Of a stretch of DNA of 18,116 nt, positions 9,974 to 16,635 are shown piece after piece. Location of the stretch: NCBI GenBank assembly GCA_037917625.1, contig JAVCBY010000050.1:1-18116 (forward strand). Reading direction: 5' to 3'. Numbering within the stretch: position 1 is the stretch's first letter; the number at the start of each line of letters is the position of its first letter. The translations under genes and the position numbers were made by a program. This DNA is from Thermoproteota archaeon. Lineage in GTDB: Archaea; Korarchaeota; Korarchaeia; Korarchaeales; Korarchaeaceae. A model generated the notes under the pieces. The model was not told the DNA's origin and searched no databases. It worked only from the letters and a program-made list of their open reading frames with translations.

Positions 9974-10655
9974 GGTAGTAGTTGAATGGTTTATTCAGGA
10001 ATACGACGGAGGGCCCATTATAGAATAAGTAGAAGAGGCTCTCAGCGATCCCCCTAGTCTTGAGCCTCCTAGCTGATGTGTAAACGGACATTTCCTTCAA
10101 AAACTTCAGCTTTCCATATTTAATCGCTTCCATTGAGAGGAGAGCATCTTCAGATACTCTAACTCTCTCATCGAACCCGGAGACTGCCTCTAGGAAATCC
10201 CTCCTGTAGGCGCAGTTGAAACCGAGGAAGTGGGGTCTCCCCACGAGTAGGGTCAATCTAACTAATATGTCGTAAACGAAGATGTAAGGTGCGATGAGGA
10301 AACTACTGCTCTCAAGTGGGTAGGCGGGACCTGACGCTCCGACTACATTCTCGTCCTCGAAGCACTTCATCACGGCATTAAGCCAGCTCTTGGATACGAC
10401 AGTATCAGCATCTATGAACGCCACTACATCGCCAGTGGACAGCTTTATTCCAGCGTTCCTAGCTTTAGCTGGGGAGTCTAAGGAGCTAGAGCTCTCCAGG
10501 ATATCAGCGTACTTCTCAGCTATCTCCAAAGTCCTATCTTGGCTTCCACCATCCACAACTACTATCTCATGGACCCCAACGTTCCTCAGAGCTCTCAAGG
10601 ACCTCTCGATATAATCCTCCTCATTGTAAGTCGGTACAACTACTGAGACCCTCAT
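9924..10655 (-). CDS. Family 2 glycosyltransferase
   Basis: VSVVVPTYNEE, IVVVDGGSQDRT, ARNAG, FIDADT (DxD), GFDE..SED, TSARR. Confidence 0.93.
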   Translation of the reverse strand: MRVSVVVPTYNEEDYIERSLRALRNVGVHEIVVVDGGSQDRTLEIAEKYADILESSSSLDSPAKARNAGIKLSTGDVVAFIDADTVVSKSWLNAVMKCFEDENVVGASGPAYPLESSSFLIAPYIFVYDILVRLTLLVGRPHFLGFNCAYRRDFLEAVSGFDERVRVSEDALLSMEAIKYGKLKFLKEMSVYTSARRLKTRGIAESLFYLFYNGPSVVFLNKPFNYYPRSSGSQRENRKDERA

Positions 10656-11437
10656 ATTATCCCCTCTATCAGTGAGAGGAGGAAAGCGAAGCCTGTGGAA
10701 ATTAAGTTGACAGCATGATTATTTATGAAGCGGGATCCACTCAGGAGCTCAGCTTCACTGCAGTTAGAGGGGTCCTCGACTACTCTACCATCGCATAAGT
10801 ACTTCGCTTGTATCGTAGCTCCGAGTAAGGAATCGAGCAGAGAGGAGGAGAAGGCTATCATGGAGGATATTAAGAGTTCATTGAAGCTCAAGATCCCAAA
10901 TTGAAAGGCCTCAATAGGTATTATAAAGGATCCGAGGATACTGGAGGCAGTGCCTAGGATAGAGATAGCGCCTGAAGTACCTGGTTGCGCTCTCCTCATG
11001 TTAGTTATGATCCAGGGCCCCCTCTTATCGAGGAGCCCTATCTCACTCCCCAGAGTATCCGCTAAGGAACAGGAAATAGAGGATATGAAAGCGAGAGCGT
11101 AAGTTCTATTGGAACTCAAGTGGTATAGTATTATAGCTACTGAAGGGAAGAATAAATTTGAGAGTACGCTCTTCCACCCCCTGGCTCCTCCCTTTGGCTC
11201 AGCAGCTCCTAAGCTCTCCTTCCTCGAGTACCTATATTTAGTGAAGAAGCTACCTATGAGGAAGAAAGTTATGAGTGTGATGACAGCTATAAGGCCTCCA
11301 GATAGAGCGAAGATTGAGCCAACTAATATACCAGCGACTAGACCGCTCTTATCGACAGCTCCCTTAATATAGCCCAGCGATCCGACGACAAAGATCGATA
11401 GGAGGCTAGCGAGCACCGTAGCGTCCTCATACAACAT
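10652..11437 (-). CDS. DUF92/TMEM19 integral membrane protein
   Basis: Several hydrophobic segments; GARGWKSVLSN, ADTLGSEIG, PGTSGAISILG, DSLLGATIQ, NNHAVN motifs; 4-nt overlap with the GT2 gene. Confidence 0.92.
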   Translation of the reverse strand: MLYEDATVLASLLSIFVVGSLGYIKGAVDKSGLVAGILVGSIFALSGGLIAVITLITFFLIGSFFTKYRYSRKESLGAAEPKGGARGWKSVLSNLFFPSVAIILYHLSSNRTYALAFISSISCSLADTLGSEIGLLDKRGPWIITNMRRAQPGTSGAISILGTASSILGSFIIPIEAFQFGILSFNELLISSMIAFSSSLLDSLLGATIQAKYLCDGRVVEDPSNCSEAELLSGSRFINNHAVNLISTGFAFLLSLIEGII

Positions 11438-11466
11438 TTATAATCTAGTCACTCTGGAATAATTGT

Positions 11467-11474
11467 TTTTAAAA
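11467..11474. promoter_or_regulatory. Palindromic TATA box TTTTAAAA, probably shared by tRNA-Pro (+) and DUF92 (-)
   Basis: Lies in the 54-bp divergent gap, about 20-35 nt from both starts. Confidence 0.5.
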
Positions 11475-11491
11475 TTGAGGCCTATGTTAGA

Positions 11492-11565
11492 GGGGCCGTG
11501 GTCTAGCTAGGTAGGATGCCAGCCTGGGGCGCTGGTGGTCCCGGGTTCAAATCCCGGCGGCCCCA
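11492..11565 (+). tRNA. tRNA-Pro(GGG), intronless, CCA not encoded
   Basis: Acceptor GGGGCCG/CGGCCCC + discriminator A; D arm with A14-G15; anticodon stem CCAGC/GCTGG with loop CT-GGG-GC; T arm CCGGG-TTCAAAT-CCCGG. Confidence 0.97.
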
Positions 11566-11709
11566 TCCCTCAATATATCTGCCTCTGGGAACCTACTTTC
11601 TTTAAAAATGCTTTAACAAATTATGGTTTCAAAGTCTTAGAGAATTCTTGAAGTTTTAGTCGAATTCTTTATTAAGGGAGGATGATGGACTTAGTAAATT
11701 TATGATTGT

Positions 11710-11725
11710 AACTCTCTAGAGAGTT
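11710..11725. repeat. Perfect 16-bp palindrome AACTCTCTAGAGAGTT
   Basis: Self-reverse-complementary, read directly; lies between convergent transcription units. Confidence 0.8.
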
Positions 11726-11742
11726 TCTCCAAATCCCAATAA

Positions 11743-11757
11743 TGAAATAAAAAAGAG
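11743..11757 (-). terminator. Oligo(T) terminator after the secreted-protein gene
   Basis: Minus strand reads CTCTTTTTTATTTCA just after the TAA at 11764-11762. Confidence 0.5.
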
Positions 11758-11761
11758 TTTT

Positions 11762-12143
11762 TTAGAAGTCCACCACGGACTTCTGACCTGAGATCACGTT
11801 GACAGTCTTCACGACACCATTGCAACTCAGAGTATATGGAGCTGGCCCCTCGCTGTGCTTGTAGGAGAAGCCGTACCATTCATCTAATTCGTGGCCCGAC
11901 TTCAGGTACGGTGTGCAGACTAACTTACTCCCTGCCTTAGCCCAGAAGGTCTCTGTATCATCTTGACCTATCCAACAGACGTCATAATTCCATCCCTTCG
12001 TGACCTCGCATCTCACAGTCCCCCGACGATACTCGTGACTTTAACCATCTTCCAATCGGAGGAGGCTAGCAACGGAGATACCACTAAGAGTGAGAGATTC
12101 ATCATCAACATATGAATGCAAATTCTCTACTCATCTTTCTCAT
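11762..12143 (-). pseudogene. Small secreted beta-rich protein (about 127 aa reconstructed), two -1 frameshifts
   Basis: Three abutting frames: MRKMSREFAFI / MLMMNLSLLVVSPLLASSDWKMVKVTSIVG / GTVRCEVTKGW...PYTLSCNGVVKTVNVISGQKSVVDF. Joined, they give a signal peptide and a PEGA-like C-terminus. Breaks near 12111 and at a G5 run (12020-12024). Confidence 0.6.
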
Positions 12144-12226
12144 CTTCCTGTTTTCGGCACATGGACTATCGCACAACACAAAAATGCATGTGATAGTAAA
12201 TGCGCTAAGTTAATAGTCGGATACTA

Positions 12227-12242
12227 CTTTATAAACTTTTCC
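12227..12242 (-). promoter_or_regulatory. Consensus BRE/TATA promoter for the secreted-protein gene
   Basis: Minus strand GGAAAAGTTTATAAAG. Confidence 0.65.
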
Positions 12243-12254
12243 ATCATTTGCCTT

Positions 12255-12274
12255 ATGTAAAATTAATTTTACAT
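12255..12274. promoter_or_regulatory. Perfect 20-bp palindrome ATGTAAAATTAATTTTACAT, candidate transcription-factor site
   Basis: Self-reverse-complementary; about 12 nt upstream of the minus-strand BRE. Confidence 0.55.
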
Positions 12275-12378
12275 TATCCATGGTTGCTCATAATTTAATC
12301 TGATGGAGCTCAATTTATGATGAGAAATTCGGATTTATCGCTATAATCATATACTTTTTACAATCTATGATGAAAATT

Positions 12379-13896
12379 TCAATCCTCAAACGGGATCCCT
12401 TCAACCATCCTATCCGATATCACGCTCTCGATCATCACCTTGACGATCCTCCCAGTCCTCAAGCCCTTGCTGTACTTCAACCTCACCACCGGGCCGCCAT
12501 TTATCGGATACGCGTAAAAGTGCCTTCCAGCCTTAGGCGCTACTATAACCTCTATTATCTTCCCCAGAAGCTCCTCCTTCCTCTTCCTATTGAGATAGAT
12601 TGCAAATTCGCTTATCATCCTTGAGTTACGATCTACCTTGACCTCAAAGTCCTGGAAAGCTGTCCCTGGAAGTGGCTTAAACCTATAAATTGTTATCTTC
12701 TCAGCCCCGGCATCATATACAGCTCTCATCATCTCGAGCGTCTTCTTAGCTACGTGTTCACTCTGTCCGGGGAGGCCATGTATGAAGTAAGCGTAAGGCC
12801 TCAAACCATATCTCCTGAGGATTTTAATAGCTCTCAATGAATCCTCCGGGCTACATGGTCTCCCTATCAATCTAGCGTGCTCGGGATCTCCTGTCTCCAC
12901 TCCTATATGGATGGGAGTACCCTTAAGATATTTGCTCAATGTGAAGGCGACTTCCTCGTTCACTAAGCAGGGCTTAACGTTCTCTATCTCGAAGAAGAAA
13001 CCGTACTTCTCTGATAGACCCTTAACTTTAGATAGTAGCAAATCTATGGCATCTAAATTGGGCCCCGGATCTCTGGGGTTCATCAATGGTGTTGAGATGA
13101 GGTCCCTCCCATACTCTAGGAAATCAGCGCCACTCAAAACGAACCTCCTGACTCCAGCTATAGCTAATTCTTCTATCTCCCTCAAGATGCTCTCCTCACC
13201 CCTCGACTTAGGAGGCCCGTAGAGGGAGGGTATCGAGCAGTAACCGCACCCCGGGGGTATGTTCTGAGGGCACATATCGGAGCATTGTGATGGACAGCTC
13301 TCACATATCTCTGGGGATGCGATTAACCTCGGCCTATAGAAATTAGAGCAACTCCTCTGGACTTCAACGTAAACTCTGGAACTTTTGTAGTGCGGGATAG
13401 TCCTATAGTATTTTATCGCTCTAGTTGAGGGTTCGAACCTCATGAACTCCTCTCTAGATAGATACCTGAGCTCAGTCTTGCCGTTGGGCAATATGATGTT
13501 TGGAATCCCCCTCACATCGGGGACGACACCGTCCGAGAGCCCTCTACTCAGCAAAGATTCTAGGGAGACTTCACCCTCACCCCAAACCCCCAGATCGAAC
13601 CCGAGCCTTTTGACGGAGTTGAGGTCGGATGTGATAGGCCCGCCCAATATCTTAACGCCCTCAATTAACTTCGAAGCCCTCGAGACAGCTTGCTCATCCA
13701 TAGTCATAGCGCTGACTAAGGCCACTCCTCTGAACTTCCTCCCAATCCTTATGAAATCCTCAACCCTTAGGATCTTATATTCTAAGTTAAATCTCTCCAG
13801 AATACCTGCTAGAAGCCTAGGTCCCGCTCCTATAACATCTAGTGATGATAACCTCTTCCCCTCACCAGCCGCTAGCGCATCCAATATTAGGAACAT
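12379..13896 (-). CDS. B12-binding-domain radical SAM protein with C-terminal TRAM-like domain
   Basis: ILGGP..GEGE cobalamin-domain motifs; EVQRSC-x33-CGYC; IGVETG, FIHGLPGQ, PLPGT; C-terminal LGKIIEVIV...GRIVKVMIE..G like the MiaB-family TRAM domain; GGAGG RBS. Confidence 0.88.
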   Translation of the reverse strand: MFLILDALAAGEGKRLSSLDVIGAGPRLLAGILERFNLEYKILRVEDFIRIGRKFRGVALVSAMTMDEQAVSRASKLIEGVKILGGPITSDLNSVKRLGFDLGVWGEGEVSLESLLSRGLSDGVVPDVRGIPNIILPNGKTELRYLSREEFMRFEPSTRAIKYYRTIPHYKSSRVYVEVQRSCSNFYRPRLIASPEICESCPSQCSDMCPQNIPPGCGYCSIPSLYGPPKSRGEESILREIEELAIAGVRRFVLSGADFLEYGRDLISTPLMNPRDPGPNLDAIDLLLSKVKGLSEKYGFFFEIENVKPCLVNEEVAFTLSKYLKGTPIHIGVETGDPEHARLIGRPCSPEDSLRAIKILRRYGLRPYAYFIHGLPGQSEHVAKKTLEMMRAVYDAGAEKITIYRFKPLPGTAFQDFEVKVDRNSRMISEFAIYLNRKRKEELLGKIIEVIVAPKAGRHFYAYPINGGPVVRLKYSKGLRTGRIVKVMIESVISDRMVEGIPFED

Positions 13897-13910
13897 CCTC
13901 CACTAATCTC

Positions 13911-14447
13911 ATGCCTAGCTTTTTATCCGAGGACGGGAGAGAAATATTATTCGACTTAAAATTATTAGAGGATAAGAGAGAAAAAGTTTCTGAAATTAAG
14001 GGAAATATGATTGAGAGCTTAGAAATTTTAGGGAATGGTAGGATAATTTCAGTGGGGGATAGGGTAACTAGGGAATTGGTAGCGTATGGGAGGAGGCCTG
14101 AGGTCGCTATAATAGACTTGAAGGAGAGGAGGGAGATGAATTGCTCCACTATCTTCTACCTAGATGATTACCTCATATCAATAGCGAGGAACCCAGCGGG
14201 TACTCTCACGAGGGAGGCTTGGCTCAAAGTAAGGAAAGCAATAGAGATCTCATCATTAGGTAAAAATGTTGTAGTAATTGTGGATGGAGAGGAAGATCTA
14301 TTAGGATTCCCAGCGATAATATTGCCTCCGGAGGGATGGGTCATGGTGTACGGCCAACCCGGTATGGGGATGGTCTCAGTCAAAATAGATAGGAAAGCGA
14401 GAGAAGAAGCTATTAATCTACTTCAGGAGGCTTTTCTTCCGATCTAG
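13911..14447 (+). CDS. GTP-dependent dephospho-CoA kinase (DUF359/UPF0218)
   Basis: ISVGDRVT, IIDLKERR, NPAGTLT, VDGEEDLL, VYGQPGMG motifs. ATG 13911 avoids overlap with the radical SAM gene. Confidence 0.9.
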   Translation: MPSFLSEDGREILFDLKLLEDKREKVSEIKGNMIESLEILGNGRIISVGDRVTRELVAYGRRPEVAIIDLKERREMNCSTIFYLDDYLISIARNPAGTLTREAWLKVRKAIEISSLGKNVVVIVDGEEDLLGFPAIILPPEGWVMVYGQPGMGMVSVKIDRKAREEAINLLQEAFLPI

Positions 14448-16185
14448 GTTTCACATGCCTCCTTATTATTATGAAGGGATGATCTGGATGATATTGAGGA
14501 TATTCAACCCCTGACAGCACTGATCTTCCAGTCGCGAGCAACTCATCCCTCTCATCGACCACTATAACTTCGCTCTTCGGCCTTATGGAGGGATCGGCTT
14601 CCTTCACGAACTTAACGAAGACAGTAGTTCCTCTAGCTACTGTCTCAGAGAAACTCTCCTTAACCACGACCCTCCCCTTCGGGAAGGGGAGGTAACTCAG
14701 TATGAGGGAAGCGCCATCTAGCGTGGGTATGAAAGCCCCATCGCTCGGCCTGAAGTGACCTATTACTTTACCCCCTAGAGAGACTTCCCTAAGAGTTCCA
14801 GTGCTCTTAGACCTCCTCATATTGACTCCAGTGAGCTTGGGGAAGGGGAATTCATATTGATATGAGAGGACGCACGAGAGTATCTCATCATCGCTCGGCT
14901 CATCCGAGACCTCATCATCATAGGGGCAGATAGTCTGCCCGAATGGATATAAATACTTTAATCCCAATGGGATATTCCCATATAAAAATCTCTTAAATCT
15001 CCCATTATAGTAGATATCTTTTAACCTATTCCTCGCTCTCACTACCTCGGGCCTGAGGAAGCTCTCGGGCCCTGAGTACTGCAGCCCTGATGACTTGAAT
15101 AAGGGCTCTCTCACCTCTAGGAGAGATGAATATTTCCTCAATAAGTGCATTAAGGCGAAATATAGATTGGGATGAAATCTAGATCTCTCCTGTACGAGCT
15201 CCCATAACCACTCTCCCCTTATAGCTTCCCTAACTTTCTTGATCTCACTGATCGATGTGTAAAGATTGTGCTTAGCTAGGAGCTTGACCCTCTCCTCCCT
15301 CTTCATGGTCTTGACCTCTTTAGGATCGTAATTTGAGCAGATAGGGCATGAGCAAGGGAATTCCTCTATCTCATCGAGTGATAGAGTCCCATGGGGTGTC
15401 ATGTACCTCCCCTGCTCAGCGTAAAGGGAGTAAGATGCGGAATCGAAGGAATCCGCTCCTATCGCTGTGAAGAAGGCGAATGTCGAAGGATGGCCTATCC
15501 CCCAGAAGTGGAAGGGCTTGCCCGCCTTGAGGATGGATCTTATCAACATGAAATGATCGACTTGAGTCACGAAATCATATTTCTCAAGCGCTACTTTGAT
15601 AGAACCGACGCCATTATAATCGAAATCTATCTCCCTTATCCTCTCAGAGCACTTAATCACTAAATCCCTGTGGATGGATCCTTGAGGCGTCCCGACCCAG
15701 AGCGTGTTGGGAAGCTCTTCCCTCATCGAAGCCCACTCCTCAGCGTTCCTCAAAGTTTGCTCAACACCGGATTCAGCTTCCTCTCTTTTCACCTCCGACG
15801 ACATGGGGACATCGAGGATGCTCCCTATATCCGAGCCTATGGAGTGTTGGAAACGCAGTATCTCGCTATTAGTGACATCTATCTTCCCATATCTATATAT
15901 CTGGTAAGCTCCTGAATCCGTCATCACTATACCATCGAAATCCAAGAGAGAGTGAATTCCCCTCTCAAGAGCGGCTTCCCTCAACTCAGGAGTCCTATAT
16001 ATCAAATATGAGTTAGTTATGATCGCTTTAACACCCATCTCCCTCATTTCCCTCGGAGAGATCACTGGTTTATTCGGATTATAGACTGGGAAGAATTCTG
16101 GGAGTGTTAGAGTCCCCGACTTAGTCTTAAGTTCGGAGAGCCTTGCTGAAGCATCACTCTTCCTGACCCTGAAGTAAAGATTCAT
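14413..16185 (-). CDS. tgtA: Archaeosine tRNA-guanine(15) transglycosylase (ArcTGT) with C-terminal PUA domain
   Basis: FFPVYNP, ITNSY, MTDSGAYQ, PQG, GIGHP, DSFDSASY, Zn site CSCPIC..HNL, LWELVQERSRFHP; PUA TVFVKFVKEADPSIRPKSEVIVVD..LLATG. Confidence 0.96.
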   Translation of the reverse strand: MNLYFRVRKSDASARLSELKTKSGTLTLPEFFPVYNPNKPVISPREMREMGVKAIITNSYLIYRTPELREAALERGIHSLLDFDGIVMTDSGAYQIYRYGKIDVTNSEILRFQHSIGSDIGSILDVPMSSEVKREEAESGVEQTLRNAEEWASMREELPNTLWVGTPQGSIHRDLVIKCSERIREIDFDYNGVGSIKVALEKYDFVTQVDHFMLIRSILKAGKPFHFWGIGHPSTFAFFTAIGADSFDSASYSLYAEQGRYMTPHGTLSLDEIEEFPCSCPICSNYDPKEVKTMKREERVKLLAKHNLYTSISEIKKVREAIRGEWLWELVQERSRFHPNLYFALMHLLRKYSSLLEVREPLFKSSGLQYSGPESFLRPEVVRARNRLKDIYYNGRFKRFLYGNIPLGLKYLYPFGQTICPYDDEVSDEPSDDEILSCVLSYQYEFPFPKLTGVNMRRSKSTGTLREVSLGGKVIGHFRPSDGAFIPTLDGASLILSYLPFPKGRVVVKESFSETVARGTTVFVKFVKEADPSIRPKSEVIVVDERDELLATGRSVLSGVEYPQYHPDHPFIIIRRHVKPRSEEKPPEVD

Positions 16186-16213
16186 CCGGACTCCTCAATA
16201 AAAAATTTTGATT

Positions 16214-16456
16214 TTAAGTTACGCCGTTGCCATAGTCACGGAGGAGAACTAAGCCCTTAGTCGTTATGAAAATCCTCTCCCCCCTGAACTTCCTCCTCCT
16301 GACGATCAGACCCTTGCTCGCGAGGTACTTCAGGACGAACTCCCTAGCTACTCTATCTGGAATCAGCTCAGAAGCAACAACTCCCTCGGGACCGGCCCTT
16401 TCAAGCCTCCTAAGGATCCTCAAGTGCGCATCCATTAGGACGCTCAATTTCTTCAC
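16214..16456 (-). CDS. Small basic winged helix-turn-helix protein, probably co-transcribed with tgtA
   Basis: LRILRRL..G..ASEL...LKYLASKGLIVR...IFITTKGL pattern of MarR/ArsR-like wHTH; 28 nt upstream of tgtA on the same strand. Confidence 0.7.
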   Translation of the reverse strand: MKKLSVLMDAHLRILRRLERAGPEGVVASELIPDRVAREFVLKYLASKGLIVRRRKFRGERIFITTKGLVLLRDYGNGVT

Positions 16457-16483
16457 CTTTCACATTCGTCGGTCCGGGGCTGG
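16371..16483 (+). repeat. Segment A (113 bp), identical copy at 16995-17107
   Basis: GAAGCAACAACTCCC...GGTCCGGGGCTGG read identically at both places. Confidence 0.95.
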
Positions 16484-16520
16484 GGCGGGCCCCATCCTGT
16501 CAATATATTACATTCATTAC

Positions 16521-16534
16521 TATAAAACTTTTAT
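16521..16534. promoter_or_regulatory. Back-to-back TATA elements, inverted repeat ATAAAA-C-TTTTAT
   Basis: Minus strand GATAAAAGTTTTATAG (toward wHTH/tgtA); plus strand TAAAACTTTTATC. Confidence 0.5.
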
Positions 16535-16600
16535 CATCTGTCGTGCTCTCTCGCATTTTTTTCGTCGATTAACGAACCCAGTGGCTGGGAGAAAAATGCT

Positions 16601-16612
16601 GAAATATTATAG
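16601..16612 (+). promoter_or_regulatory. Putative TATA box for a leaderless geranylgeranyl reductase transcript
   Basis: GAAATATTATAG about 25 nt upstream of ATG 16636. Confidence 0.45.
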
Positions 16613-16635
16613 CTGCGATATCACTCGGTGTCATT

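Noticed and set aside
12300..12378. Two ATGATGA (box C-like) motifs 49 nt apart, possible C/D sRNA
   Set aside because: No CTGA box D at a suitable distance downstream; the only nearby CTGA (12300) has no upstream box C.
11559..16508. Intact integrated element bounded by tRNA-like direct repeats
   Set aside because: The enclosed genes are mostly housekeeping, there is no integrase and the repeat is short and gapped; kept only as a possible relic in the findings.
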